64,000 nucleotides of DNA, taken from Nitriliruptorales bacterium. GTDB taxonomy: Bacteria > Actinomycetota > Nitriliruptoria > Nitriliruptorales > Nitriliruptoraceae. A model generated the notes under the pieces. That model was not told the DNA's origin, ran no database searches, and saw nothing but the letters and a program-made list of their open reading frames with translations. The DNA is taken from assembly GCA_024637135.1 (NCBI GenBank), contig JAGXFT010000018.1, forward strand, positions 1,208-65,207, written 5' to 3'. Every line of letters begins with the position of its first letter. The stretch's first letter is position 1. Below, piece by piece: positions 9,308-19,363 of this stretch. The translations under genes and the position numbers were made by a program.

Positions 9308-9787
9308 TCATCGGGAGCGCCGAGCCTTCAAGGCACGGTCGATCTGGCGCTGGGCGTCGCGCTTGGCGGCGTCCTGGCGCTTGTCCGAGACGTTCTTGCC
9401 CTTGCCGATCGCGAACTCGAGCTTGGCCCGACCGTGGGAGAAGTAGATCCGGGTCGGGACCAGCGTCACGCCCTTGGTGGCGACGTCCCGTGCGAGGTGG
9501 TCCAGTTCGTGGCGGTGGAGCAGCAGCTTGCGCGGCCGGGACGGCAGGTGGTTGTTGCGGTTGCCGTAGACGTATTCGGGGATGTGGGCCTGTTCGAGCC
9601 ACGCTTCCCCGGTGTCCTTGTCCAGCCGGATCCACGCCTCGGCCAGCGACCCCCGGCCCTCGCGCAGCGACTTGACCTCGGTGCCGACCAGTTGCAGGCC
9701 CGCCTCGTAGCGGTCGTCGAGGAAGTAGTCATGACGGGCCCGGCGGTTGTTCACCGCCAGCTTCACCCCGGATGTCTTCTTCGCCAT
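9308..9787 (-). CDS. smpB: SsrA-binding protein SmpB
   Basis: NRRARHDY, EAGLQLVGTEVKSLR, RKLLLHR, GKGK..DKR; TATCGT -10 seven nt before ATG. Confidence 0.97.
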   Translation of the reverse strand: MAKKTSGVKLAVNNRRARHDYFLDDRYEAGLQLVGTEVKSLREGRGSLAEAWIRLDKDTGEAWLEQAHIPEYVYGNRNNHLPSRPRKLLLHRHELDHLARDVATKGVTLVPTRIYFSHGRAKLEFAIGKGKNVSDKRQDAAKRDAQRQIDRALKARRSR

Positions 9788-9825
9788 GTCGGCCACGATA
9801 CCGACCGGCTCGACCACGCCGCCGG

Positions 9826-11286
9826 CTAGCGGAACCACGGTGCCGGGTTGACGGCGTTGACGTAGGGGCCGCCCGCGTGGGTCTCGAAGTGCAGGTGCGG
9901 GCCGGTGGACAACCCCGTGCTGCCGACCCAGCCGATGACCTGCCCGGCGACCACTCGCTGGCCGGCACGTACGGCCAGGCGTTCCTGGTGGGCGTAGAGG
10001 GTGGCCACGTTCCCGTGGTCGATGACCACGACGTTGCCGTGACCGCCCGACGACCACCCGGCGCGATAGACGGTGCCGTCGGCGACCGCGTGGATCGGGG
10101 TCCCGGCCGACGCCCCGAAGTCCATCCCGGCGTGGATCCGGCGGGTCTTGAGGATCGGGTGGTAGCGCCCGCCGTAGCCGGACGTGACGCACCCGTCGAC
10201 CGGCCAGACCCAGTCCGAGGTCGAACCACAACGACCACCACCGCCACCGCCGGACGACACGACGCGACGCTGCTGTGCGACCAGTTCTGCCGCCGCGGCG
10301 GCTTCGGCGGCCGAGATCCGGGCCGCCTCAAGCCGCTCGGCCTCGACCCGCGCCGCTTCCCGGCGCGCGGCCAGTTCCGTCTCGACCTCGGCCTCCAATC
10401 GGGCCGTGACCTCGTCGAGCTGCTCCTCGGCGACGAGCCGGTCCTCCCCGAGGTTGGCGAGGTCCTGTTCGACCGTGGCCAACACGTCGGCACGGTGGCG
10501 CCGACGCTCACGAGTGCGACTGGCGGTCCGGCGGGCCTCGTCGTCGGCCGTCGCCCGTTCGTCGCGACTGGCCTCGGCGGCGCGGTTGGCGTCGGTGACG
10601 CGGGCCTCTTCCAGGGTCGTCGCGGCCAGCCGGTCCTGGCGCTGCAACTGCAGGCGGAGGTAGTCGGCGACGAGCTGGTTGTCGTCCTCGACGACCTGGC
10701 CGAGCAGGTGCTGGACGCGGACCACGTCGTTGAAGTCGTCCATGCCCAGCACCATCGTGGTCGACGACAGCTGACCGCCGTGCATCCATGCCTCACGCAG
10801 CCGTCGCTGGAGCTGGAGGCGGGTGGCGTCGAGCTGGACGTCGGTGGCCGCGAGCTGGTCGGTGACCTCGTCGCGTGCTGCACGGGCCGTGGTCAGCCGG
10901 TCCTCGGCGCCCTCGAGGCGCTCCTCGGCCAGGACCAGCTCGACGGCAGCGACGTCCGCGGCCTGGGCCGCTGCGGTCACCTCGCGGTCGGCCGTGTCCA
11001 ACTGGTCGCGTGCCCGGGCCGCCCGCCGCTCGGTCCGGCTCTCACCTCGCGCGATGGTGACCAGTTCCGCGGTGGTGTCGTCCCACTCGTCGCGCAACGC
11101 GTCGATGCGATCGTTGGTGACGACCTCGCCGTCGTCGTCGAGCACCGGGCTCGGTTCCTCGATCGGGCTCTCGGTCGGGTTCGCATCCTGGGCCCGGGCC
11201 GGTGGGGCCTGGGCCGATGCGACCAACACCAGGAGGACCCCGGCGACGAGCGCCGCGGTCCGAACGGCCGGCCGTGACCGGGCCAT
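9826..11286 (-). CDS. Secreted coiled-coil + M23 peptidase (EnvC-like murein hydrolase/activator)
   Basis: Signal peptide, long coiled coil, HAGMD and GPHLHFE M23 motifs; follows ftsX. Confidence 0.85.
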   Translation of the reverse strand: MARSRPAVRTAALVAGVLLVLVASAQAPPARAQDANPTESPIEEPSPVLDDDGEVVTNDRIDALRDEWDDTTAELVTIARGESRTERRAARARDQLDTADREVTAAAQAADVAAVELVLAEERLEGAEDRLTTARAARDEVTDQLAATDVQLDATRLQLQRRLREAWMHGGQLSSTTMVLGMDDFNDVVRVQHLLGQVVEDDNQLVADYLRLQLQRQDRLAATTLEEARVTDANRAAEASRDERATADDEARRTASRTRERRRHRADVLATVEQDLANLGEDRLVAEEQLDEVTARLEAEVETELAARREAARVEAERLEAARISAAEAAAAAELVAQQRRVVSSGGGGGGRCGSTSDWVWPVDGCVTSGYGGRYHPILKTRRIHAGMDFGASAGTPIHAVADGTVYRAGWSSGGHGNVVVIDHGNVATLYAHQERLAVRAGQRVVAGQVIGWVGSTGLSTGPHLHFETHAGGPYVNAVNPAPWFR

Positions 11287-11308
11287 GCAACCTCCCAAGC
11301 AGGACGTC

Positions 11309-12199
11309 TCAGACGTCCAGGAATCCCCAGAGTGCAACGACCGACGCCCCCGCGGTCATGGCCACGGCGGGGACTGCCAGCCATGGCCACACGCCCATGA
11401 TCTGTGTTGTCGTCAGGAAGGGCACGAACGTCAACGACCCCTGAAGGTTCGTGAACATCCAGTCAACACCGAACACGAGCATCCCCCACGCTATCGCAGC
11501 ACCAAGGAGCCCGGCAAGCACACCCTCCAACACGAACGGCAGGCGGACGTACCAACTGGACGCGCCCACCAGTTTCATGATCTGGGTCTGGTCCCGTCTC
11601 GCGAAGGCCGCCATGCGCACGGTGTTGCCCACCAGCACGGCCGCAGCGACCATCGCGATGGCCGCGATGATGCCCGCCGACCACCGGATGACGCCGGAGA
11701 AGGCCAGGAACTCGTCCAGGAGTTCCTTCTGGTCCACGATCGATTCCACGCCCGGCGACTTCTCGTACTGGGTCTTGATCGCGTCGAAGCGCTCGGGGTC
11801 GGTCAACTTGACCCGGAACGACGCGGGCAGGGTCTGTTCCTCGACGTTGTCGAGGAACACCGGTTCATTGGCGAACTGGCGTTGGAAGGCCGCGTACGCC
11901 TCCTGCTTGGACTCGAAGAACACCTGGTCCACGAGTGGGTTGGCCTCGAGGTTGTCGCGCAGGGCCTGTTGTTGGCTGTCGGTGATGGGGGGACACGACA
12001 GCCCGTCGCAGAGGTAGATCGAGACCTCGATCTTGCCCGTCCAGTCATCCGTGGCGGCATCGACCTGTTGTCGCAGCAGGATCGACGCCCCCAGCAGTGA
12101 CAACGACACCGTCACGGACAGGATGACGGCAATCGTCATCGACAGGTTGCGGCGCAGCCCGATGGCGGCCTCGTTGAGGATGTAGGACCAGCGTCGCAT
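11309..12199 (-). CDS. ftsX: Cell division permease FtsX
   Basis: GLRRNLSMTIA, LPASFRVKL, IMKLVGAS..VRLPFVLEG. Confidence 0.95.
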   Translation of the reverse strand: MRRWSYILNEAAIGLRRNLSMTIAVILSVTVSLSLLGASILLRQQVDAATDDWTGKIEVSIYLCDGLSCPPITDSQQQALRDNLEANPLVDQVFFESKQEAYAAFQRQFANEPVFLDNVEEQTLPASFRVKLTDPERFDAIKTQYEKSPGVESIVDQKELLDEFLAFSGVIRWSAGIIAAIAMVAAAVLVGNTVRMAAFARRDQTQIMKLVGASSWYVRLPFVLEGVLAGLLGAAIAWGMLVFGVDWMFTNLQGSLTFVPFLTTTQIMGVWPWLAVPAVAMTAGASVVALWGFLDV

Positions 12200-12310
12200 G
12201 GCGGCGGTCGCTCCTTGGGGTGGACGTGGTGGTGAGGTGTGGGCGGTGGCGCTGTCGTGCGTGCACGACATTGGCCCCGGGTGGTCGCACCCGGGGCCGA
12301 GGGGAGGTGG

Positions 12311-13009
12311 TCAGCTGGCGTAGCCGTAGACGCCACGCGCCTGGTCGCGGACCAGTTGGCCCTCGGACAGTTCGACGACGCGCTTGCGCATGGAGTCGAC
12401 GATGTGCTGGTCGTGCGTGGCCATGACGACCGTGGTGTTCGTGCGGTTGATGCGGTCGAGCAACTTCATGATGCCGATGGAGGTCTGGGGGTCGAGGTTC
12501 CCGGTGGGCTCGTCGGCCAGCAGGATCGGTGGCTGGTTGACGAAGGCCCGCGCGACGGACACCCGTTGCTGCTGCCCACCGGAGAGTTCGTGGGGCATGG
12601 CGTCGGCCTTGTCGGACAAGGCCACAAGGTCGAGCACCTCCGGCACGCGCTTTGCGATGACGCCACCGGGCATCCCGATGACCTCCAGCGCGAACGCGAT
12701 GTTCTCGGACACGGTCTTGTTGGGCAGGAGCTTGAAGTCCTGGAACACGTAGCCGATGTCCCGCCGCAGGGCCGGAAGCTTCCAGCGGCGCAGTTCGCCC
12801 AGGTTCTTGCCGGCGACGTGGATGGTGCCGGCGTCCGGACGGACCTCGCGGGTCAGCAACTTCATGAACGTGGACTTGCCGGACCCGGACGGGCCGACCA
12901 CGAACACGAACTCGCCACGATCGATCTGGACGGTGACGTCACGCAGGGCCACCACCTGGTCGTTGGACCCGGCCTTGTAGGTCTTCGTCACACCGTCGAA
13001 CGAGATCAT
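12311..13009 (-). CDS. ftsE: Cell division ATP-binding protein FtsE
   Basis: [40 protein letters not shown]. Confidence 0.95.
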   Translation of the reverse strand: MISFDGVTKTYKAGSNDQVVALRDVTVQIDRGEFVFVVGPSGSGKSTFMKLLTREVRPDAGTIHVAGKNLGELRRWKLPALRRDIGYVFQDFKLLPNKTVSENIAFALEVIGMPGGVIAKRVPEVLDLVALSDKADAMPHELSGGQQQRVSVARAFVNQPPILLADEPTGNLDPQTSIGIMKLLDRINRTNTTVVMATHDQHIVDSMRKRVVELSEGQLVRDQARGVYGYAS

Positions 13010-13156
13010 GGCAGCATCACTCCACGAGATGGGAACGTCCGGTCGAGCCCCCCGCCGGGCCGGACGTCGAGTGTGTGCACCGTAGCAACAGAGGCCACAG
13101 CAACGCCCAGACAACCCGTTCTTCCGGCCAGCGCCCGTTGTCGTGAGTCGAAGGCG

Positions 13157-14275
13157 TCAGTCGTGAACGCGGTCCTCGGCCCGACGGCGCAGTTCGGCCT
13201 CGATGAACTCGTCGAGGTCGTTGCCGTTCAGGACCGAGTCGGGATTGCCCACCTCGTGGTCGGTCCGCAGGTCCTTGACCATCTGGTAGGGATGCAGCAC
13301 GTAGGAGCGGATCTGGGATCCGAACCCGACCTTCTGGCGCCCACCGCGGAGTTCGTCCAGTTCGTCCTGGCGCTTCTGGCGTTCGAGTTCGGCCAGCTTG
13401 GCGTTGAGGACCCGCATGGCCGCGGCTCGGTTCTGGTGCTGCGACTTCTCGTTCTGGCAGGACACGACGATCCCGGTCGGGAGGTGGGTGATGCGCACGG
13501 CCGAGTCGGTGGTGTTGACGCTCTGGCCGCCCGGCCCCGACGAGCGGTACACGTCGACGCGGATGTCCTCGTCCGGCACAAGCACCTCGTTGTCCAGTTC
13601 CGGCAGCACCGGCACCACATCCACCATCGCGAACGAGGTCTGGCGTCGTGCGTTGCCGTCGAAGGGCGAGATCCGCACCAGCCGGTGGACGCCGTGCTCG
13701 GCCGACAGCAGCCCGTAGGCGTCCGCGCCGGAGACCTCGAAGGTGGTCGACTTGAGGCCGGCCTCCTCGCCGTAGGACTCGTCGTAGACATCGGCGGAGA
13801 AGCCCCGGTTGGCGGACCAACGCAGGTACATGCGCTGGAGCATCTGGGCCCAGTCCATGGCGTCCACGCCACCCTCGCCGGCCTGGATGGACACGATCGC
13901 GTCATTGGCGTCGTGCTCGCCCGACAGCAACGTGACGACCTCGAGGCGGTCGATGTCGCGCGCGACCGACACCACGCCACGCGCGACCTCTGCCGCAGAC
14001 GATTCGTCGTCGACCTCGAGCGCGAGGCCGTTGAGGACCTCGAGGTCGTCGAGGCGCTCCGTCAGCGTGTCGTGGCGATCGAGGTCGTCGCGGACCCGCG
14101 ACAACTGGGTCGTGACCTCCCGGGCGTCGTCCGGGTCGTCCCACAGGGTGGGGTCGGCGGCCTGGCCCTCGAGGTCTTCCAGCAGCTGGCGCTTGGCCTC
14201 GATGTCGAGGTAGCCCCGGATGTGGTCGACCCGGGCGCGCTGGGCGGCCAGCGCGTCCGCGTGGTTGTCGGCCAT
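13157..14275 (-). CDS. prfB: Peptide chain release factor 2 (no programmed frameshift)
   Basis: RISPF anticodon-mimic motif, GGQ motif, IRSYVLHPY; continuous frame. Confidence 0.97.
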   Translation of the reverse strand: MADNHADALAAQRARVDHIRGYLDIEAKRQLLEDLEGQAADPTLWDDPDDAREVTTQLSRVRDDLDRHDTLTERLDDLEVLNGLALEVDDESSAAEVARGVVSVARDIDRLEVVTLLSGEHDANDAIVSIQAGEGGVDAMDWAQMLQRMYLRWSANRGFSADVYDESYGEEAGLKSTTFEVSGADAYGLLSAEHGVHRLVRISPFDGNARRQTSFAMVDVVPVLPELDNEVLVPDEDIRVDVYRSSGPGGQSVNTTDSAVRITHLPTGIVVSCQNEKSQHQNRAAAMRVLNAKLAELERQKRQDELDELRGGRQKVGFGSQIRSYVLHPYQMVKDLRTDHEVGNPDSVLNGNDLDEFIEAELRRRAEDRVHD

Positions 14276-14399
14276 GGGGATGGCTCCTTGTGGAACGGGT
14301 GGTGGACGACAGCGGTCACAGCCGCTGGAGTCGGTTCGGGCGGGGGCCATCGAGGCGGTCGCGGACGGCCCGGGCCGGACCGTGGCAGGCTATCCCCGC

Positions 14400-14457
14400 G
14401 TGCCCCTCGCGCTGGCGCGCTCCGGGCACGTTGCAGAACTCGCTTCGCTCGTTCTGC
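14400..14457 (-). repeat. Dispersed GA-hairpin repeat, copy E (two hairpins)
   Basis: Minus strand GCAGAAC-GA-GC-GAA-GC-GA-GTTCTGC followed by GTGCCC..GA-GC-loop-GC-GA..GGGCAC. Confidence 0.7.
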
Positions 14458-14524
14458 GGCCCGTGGGTCCTGCGGTGGTGGGCGTTGCAAGCGGCTTGGT
14501 GGTTCCGCATCAGGCTGCCGAGGA

Positions 14525-14887
14525 CTACGTCGAACTCTCGGCGTGGGATTCCTCGACGATCTCGAAGGACAGGAGTTCCGCCTGGCTGGCAGCAGGTCGG
14601 GCCTCGCCTGGTTCCTCGGGCGGGGTTGCGGGACGGCCAGTCTCGGTGTCGCCGCCGGCATGGCCGCGCTGGAAGGCCCGCGACTCCATCCAGTCGGTGA
14701 ATGCCTGCTCGGTCTCCCACTGCGTCACCACGAAGTAGCGGTCGGACTCGTCGGTCGGACGCAGCAGCTGGAAGGACTCGAAGCCCGGTGTGTCGTCGAC
14801 CTCGCCGGCCCGGGCGGCGAAGCGGCCTTCGAGGACCTCGCGACGCTCGGCGGGCACGGACAGGACGTTGATCTTGACGACGCTCAC
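14525..14887 (-). CDS. ABM-family monooxygenase (MhuD/IsdG-like heme oxygenase)
   Basis: VVKINVLSVP..LEGRFAARAGEVD..PGFESFQLLRP..YFVVTQW..AFQRGH. Confidence 0.8.
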   Translation of the reverse strand: MSVVKINVLSVPAERREVLEGRFAARAGEVDDTPGFESFQLLRPTDESDRYFVVTQWETEQAFTDWMESRAFQRGHAGGDTETGRPATPPEEPGEARPAASQAELLSFEIVEESHAESST

Positions 14888-14986
14888 GGCACGACTCCGG
14901 TGGTCGGTATGGCTCGGACGTCCACGTGTATCGGGCGCCGCAACGGCCTGCCACACCCGAGGCCGCCGGACCGAGCAACACGAGTG

Positions 14987-15682
14987 TCAGGCGCCGTCGA
15001 GGGCAGTCCGGAACATCACGGCGATGCGAGGGCCGGCGTCGGCGACCTTGGGCACGGCGTGTTGCCAGGTCCGCTGGCAGGTGCCGCCCATCACCAGCAG
15101 GTCGCCGCTGGCCGGTCGCAGGTGCCGGGTGTCGCCCCCACCTCGCAGGCGAAGCCGGAACGGCCGAGACGCACCCAGCGACAGCACGGCGATCGTCGCA
15201 CGGTCGCGATCGCGGGCACCGCGATCCCCGTGCCACGCCACCGAATCGCGACCGTCGCGGTAGAGGTTCGCCGAGACCTGCGTCAGCGCCACCCGGTAGT
15301 GCTGGCTCAACGCCGCGGCCATCCCCCGCAGGACGGCGAGGTCGTCGGGCAGGTCGCCGACCGTCCAGCGCGTCGACAGGCGAGGACAGGCGACCACCTC
15401 GTCGAACAGCACCATCTCCTCGGACCGCCACGACGCCGCCTCGACGATCCGGTCGAACAGCGCCTGGCTGCCACGGACCCAACCGGGCACCTCGTCGACC
15501 CACGCGGCCCGCGCCAGCACGTGGCGGCGGCGCTCCCGCATGGCACGATCGAAGGTCACCGCGCCACCGGGGCCGTCGGGGTCGAGCAGGGTCGCCTGGC
15601 GCGGGGCGACGTCGGCCAGCGAGACCGGCACGCGCCGGCCGCGTGGGGTGTGGGGTGGCGCCGTCGTCCCGGTGGTCTCCAT
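14987..15682 (-). CDS. AlkB-family 2OG-Fe(II) dioxygenase
   Basis: NLYRDGRDSVAWHGD, SLGASRPF, GDLLVMGG..QRTWQHAVPK, RIAVMFR. Confidence 0.9.
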   Translation of the reverse strand: METTGTTAPPHTPRGRRVPVSLADVAPRQATLLDPDGPGGAVTFDRAMRERRRHVLARAAWVDEVPGWVRGSQALFDRIVEAASWRSEEMVLFDEVVACPRLSTRWTVGDLPDDLAVLRGMAAALSQHYRVALTQVSANLYRDGRDSVAWHGDRGARDRDRATIAVLSLGASRPFRLRLRGGGDTRHLRPASGDLLVMGGTCQRTWQHAVPKVADAGPRIAVMFRTALDGA

Positions 15683-15689
15683 GTCCTCG

Positions 15690-15719
15690 ACCGTATCGAA
15701 CAGGTGTTCGACACGTCAA
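15690..15719 (-). promoter_or_regulatory. SigA-type promoter (TTGACG-N18-TACGGT) containing a LexA SOS box TCGAAC-N4-GTTCGA (15696-15711)
   Basis: Perfect actinobacterial SOS box between -35 and -10; -10 lies 7 nt before the ATG. Confidence 0.85.
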
Positions 15720-15802
15720 TCCCCGACGTGAGCCGGTGGCTCCTATCCTCGGGCAGCGCCCGGACGGTCCTGCGCCCGCCTCGACCGGCCTCGCGATCCG
15801 AG

Positions 15803-16138
15803 ATGGTGCGACTCCCCGACCAGGACGCCTTCGACAAGAAGTGGCGGTCGATGTCGTGGCGCGATCGGCGCGAGGTGCTGCGGACGGTCGGGCGCGGCCA
15901 AGCGATGCGCAAGCGCTCCGACGCCCGGTTGGCCGTCATGGCGGCGCGACAGCAACAGCGCTACTGGCGCTATGCGTGGTTGCTGGGTCCGCTCGTGTCG
16001 GTGTTCCTGATCCCCGACTGGATCGCCGTGGCCATCAACGCGGCCCTGATCACGATGGCCACGGCCGGGTTCGCCTGGTTCAAGCACCGCCGCGCCGTCG
16101 AGTCCGAACAGGCCAACCTCGAACGCCTCCAGCGCTAG
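15803..16138 (+). CDS. Small hypothetical membrane protein
   Basis: Coding-like C-terminal part of the long ORF (MVRLPDQDAF...), two hydrophobic segments, fills the intergenic gap. Confidence 0.7.
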   Translation: MVRLPDQDAFDKKWRSMSWRDRREVLRTVGRGQAMRKRSDARLAVMAARQQQRYWRYAWLLGPLVSVFLIPDWIAVAINAALITMATAGFAWFKHRRAVESEQANLERLQR

Positions 16139-16990
16139 CTATTCGAGGCGGCGGAACATGCGGATCGACAGGGGGACGAAGATCACCATGATCCCGACGA
16201 TCCACACGACCGACAACAGCACGGCCCGGGTCGGGTCGGTGCAGATCTCGGTTCCGCACAGGTAGCCGTCGACCGTCAGCGCCCGAGCGGCGTTGGACAC
16301 GTGGCTGACGGGGTTGACCTGCTCGGCGAAGAACCGCAGCGGCGCGGGCATCCCGGCCGTGGGCACGAACACCGACGAGATGAACGTCAGCGGGAACAAC
16401 CAGATGAACCCGGCGGACTGGGCGGCCTCGGGCTCCTTGACGGCCAGTCCGATGACCGCCGAGATCGACGAGAACGCCAGGGTCAGGCCGATGAGCAGCA
16501 GCAGGGCCAGCAGGGCCTCCCCCACCGACGTGACGATCCGGAAGTCCACCAGGTAGCCGACCACGACCATCACGACCAGGCTCACGAGGTTGATCGCCAG
16601 GTCCGACACGACGCGGCCCGCCATCACCGCCCCACCGGACATCGGCAGGGCGCGGAAGCGGTCGATGATGCCGCCCTTCATGTCCTCAGTCATGCCGATG
16701 GCCGTCGTGGCCGAGCCGAACACCAGCGTCTGCGCGATGATCCCCGGCATCAGGTACTGGACGTAGTCGAAGCCGGGGATCGGGATGGCGGTCCCGAACA
16801 CGTACCGGAACAGCAGGACGAACATGATCGGCTGGATCAGCACGAAGATCGCGATCTGCGGCTGGCGCAGGACCCGACGGAGGTTGCGTATCGCCACGAT
16901 CGGGCTGTCACGCCAGATCGTGCCCTTGTGGTTGCGCGCGGCCTCGGCGGCGGCGCGCCCGCTGGTGGTCGAGGCGGAGGTGGCGCTCAT
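16139..16990 (-). CDS. ABC-2 exporter permease (DrrB-like)
   Basis: QPIMFVLLFRYVFG, YLMPGI, GIIDRFRALP, FPLTFISSVFVP. Confidence 0.9.
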   Translation of the reverse strand: MSATSASTTSGRAAAEAARNHKGTIWRDSPIVAIRNLRRVLRQPQIAIFVLIQPIMFVLLFRYVFGTAIPIPGFDYVQYLMPGIIAQTLVFGSATTAIGMTEDMKGGIIDRFRALPMSGGAVMAGRVVSDLAINLVSLVVMVVVGYLVDFRIVTSVGEALLALLLLIGLTLAFSSISAVIGLAVKEPEAAQSAGFIWLFPLTFISSVFVPTAGMPAPLRFFAEQVNPVSHVSNAARALTVDGYLCGTEICTDPTRAVLLSVVWIVGIMVIFVPLSIRMFRRLE

Positions 16991-17976
16991 GCGACGCTCG
17001 CTTCGGTCGGGGTGGCGGCGTCCGCCGCGGCCTCGCTCGCGGCCCGCCCGGTCAGGTTCAGGAAGACGTCGTCGAGCGACGGCCGTCGCAGGCTCAGGTC
17101 GGCCACCGCGATCCCGGCGCCGTCCAGCGCGCGGACGGTGGCGGCCAGACGGCCGGCGTCACCGTGCGCCGGGAACGACAGGCGACCCTGGCGTTCGTCG
17201 ACCCACACCTCGCCGCCGGCGACGCCGACCAGTGCGGCCCGGGCGTCCTCCAGCCGGGACGTGTCGACCAGTTCGACGGCCACGGTCTCGCCACCCACGT
17301 CGGCCTTGAGCTTCGTCGCCGTGCCCAGTGCGATCTCGCGGCCCTGGTCGATGACCAGGATCTCGTCGGCGAGGCTGTCGGCCTCCTCGAGGTACTGGGT
17401 GGTCAGCAGCACGGTCGTGCCGAGTGCGACGACCTCGCGGATCACCTCCCACAGGCCCAGCCGACTGGCCGGGTCCAGCCCGGTGGTGGGCTCGTCCAGG
17501 AACACGATGTCCGGCGAGGCCACCAGCGACGCCGCCAGGTCCAACCGCCGCCGCATGCCCCCGGAGTACCCCTTCGTCGCACGGTGGGCGGCGTCGGCCA
17601 GCCCGAACCGGTCGAGCAGTTCGTCGGCCCGAGCCCGCGCCTGGGCCTTGCCGAGCCCGGACAACCGTCCGACCATGGTGACGTTCTCGTGGCCGGTGAG
17701 GTGCTCGTCGACGGCCGCGTACTGGCCGGTCAGGCCGATTCGCGACCGCACCCGGTCCGCGTCCTCGGCGACGTCGAAACCGGCGACGGTGGCGCGGCCG
17801 GCATCGGGCCGCAGCAGGGTCGTGAGGATCCGCACGGCCGTCGTCTTGCCGGCGCCGTTGGGCCCGAGCATCCCGAGCACGGTGCCGACCGGGACCTCGA
17901 GGTCGAGGCCGCCGAGGGCAACCGTCTCGCCGTAGTGCTTGACCAGGCCAGTGGCCTCGATCGCGGGGGCTGACAT
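16987..17976 (-). CDS. ABC exporter ATP-binding subunit (DrrA-like)
   Basis: GPNGAGKTT, YSGGMRRRLDLA, FLDEPTTGLD, LTTQYLEEAD, PSLDDVFL. Confidence 0.9.
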   Translation of the reverse strand: MSAPAIEATGLVKHYGETVALGGLDLEVPVGTVLGMLGPNGAGKTTAVRILTTLLRPDAGRATVAGFDVAEDADRVRSRIGLTGQYAAVDEHLTGHENVTMVGRLSGLGKAQARARADELLDRFGLADAAHRATKGYSGGMRRRLDLAASLVASPDIVFLDEPTTGLDPASRLGLWEVIREVVALGTTVLLTTQYLEEADSLADEILVIDQGREIALGTATKLKADVGGETVAVELVDTSRLEDARAALVGVAGGEVWVDERQGRLSFPAHGDAGRLAATVRALDGAGIAVADLSLRRPSLDDVFLNLTGRAASEAAADAATPTEASVA

Positions 17977-18102
17977 GGGGGTCCCGTCGTCGCTGGTACA
18001 GGGGTGGCCGGAGCCGTGGATTGCGGGCCGGCATCCGCGCGACCGTACGGGGGCCGCCACGCGGTCGGCAACCTCACGCCACGTGGGTCGAGCGGCCAGC
18101 GG

Positions 18103-19209
18103 TCACGCCGACGCATCCGCCTCCTGGTGCGCCTCGTCGCGATCCTGGGTGCCACCCTCGACGTCGTCGTGGGCCACGGTCGCCTGGATCTCGCCGGGAT
18201 CGGCCGCGTCATGACGCAGGAACGCCGCGAGTCGGCCCCGCCTTTCCGACAGGTCGTCGTAGGCGGCGTCGATCGTCTGGTCGTCATGCAGCGGGATGCC
18301 CGACCGACGCAGCGGCTCCAGCGGCGGGCGCGGCAGGACGTTGTCGCCCGGCGGCTGCACACCCATGTGTGCCAGTGAACGCAGGAAGTTGGTGACCGCG
18401 GCGCGGCAGGGCAGCACCGCCATGCGCCCGCACCCGACGTCGGCGTCGACCACGTCGGACAACAACGTCAGGGTCTCGTCGAGTACGACGATGGCCGGGG
18501 CCAGCGACGCGGCCCGGTCGCCACTGTGGAAGTAGGTGATGACGGGATAGGCGAGGTGGTGCTGGGCCAGCAGCGCGATGTCAGGGGTCAGGGCGATGAG
18601 GTGCAGGTCGAGGTCGCCGAGGCCCTCGCCGTCCCACGCACGCTGCAGGATCTCGTTGGGGTTGCCGCCCAGGGTGGCGACGGTGGCGGCGACCGCCCGG
18701 CGGTGCACGACGGCGTTGATGACCGGCAGGACGTAGGCCACGCTGACGCCGATGAACCCCACACCGGTCAACGACGCCAGTTGCTCGGCGAAGCGCCAGA
18801 CGCCCCCGCCGGGGTTGAAGTCGGTGCCACGGCCGAGTACCAGCGCAGCGGCGTAGTGGATCCGTCCGAAGGCCGGTTCGAGCGCCTCGCCGTCAGCCAG
18901 CAGTGAGCCCTCCTGGCCGAAGACCAGGCCCCACCCCAGGGTCATCAGCACGATCCACGTGAGCAGCACTAGCACGACGATCAAGGGGCCGGCAGCCCGC
19001 AGCAGCCAGTGCGCACGCACGTCCGGCCACCGCTGCCTGGTCTCGGTGTGGACCCCGCGGAAGATCCGCCAGGCACTCGACGACACGATCCTGGTGATCG
19101 GCCCGGGGCCGCTGCTGACCGACAACACCGTCACCGCGACGTCCAGCACGGTGGCGCCCACCAGGGCCAGTCCCACCAGAGACGGCACCGACGTCCAGAA
19201 TTGCAGCAT
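18103..19209 (-). CDS. Two-TM ion-channel-like membrane protein with cytoplasmic domain
   Basis: TM-pore-TM layout, AYVLPV, HLAYPVITYFH as in 'potassium channel family' proteins; start uncertain (19209 or 19251). Confidence 0.6.
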   Translation of the reverse strand: MLQFWTSVPSLVGLALVGATVLDVAVTVLSVSSGPGPITRIVSSSAWRIFRGVHTETRQRWPDVRAHWLLRAAGPLIVVLVLLTWIVLMTLGWGLVFGQEGSLLADGEALEPAFGRIHYAAALVLGRGTDFNPGGGVWRFAEQLASLTGVGFIGVSVAYVLPVINAVVHRRAVAATVATLGGNPNEILQRAWDGEGLGDLDLHLIALTPDIALLAQHHLAYPVITYFHSGDRAASLAPAIVVLDETLTLLSDVVDADVGCGRMAVLPCRAAVTNFLRSLAHMGVQPPGDNVLPRPPLEPLRRSGIPLHDDQTIDAAYDDLSERRGRLAAFLRHDAADPGEIQATVAHDDVEGGTQDRDEAHQEADASA

Positions 19210-19363
19210 GTAGTCCACCCCGTGCCCTCTCTCCCCATCACGCGTGGCCATCGGTCACGCGGACCCGATCGACGCTACCGCCCCGTGGCCCACTCCTCCG
19301 GCCGATCGCCGGGTCCCGGCCCGTGGGGACGGTCCACGTGCACGGCCCACGGCGGGCGGCGGG

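Noticed and set aside
13083-13104. GTTGCT direct repeat in the ftsE promoter as a response-regulator site
   Set aside because: Only a 6-bp match with 15-bp period; too weak to support.
13157-14275. Missing +1 frameshift in prfB
   Set aside because: Absence of the frameshift is normal in Actinobacteria.
12239-16138. Very long alternative ORFs (e.g. 1299 aa at 12239, 1039 aa at 28504, 839 aa at 41545, 1087 aa at 53517, 1076 aa at 56802)
   Set aside because: Antisense or frame shadows of real genes, typical of high-GC DNA; no recognisable motifs. Only the tail of the first (15803-16138) looks coding.
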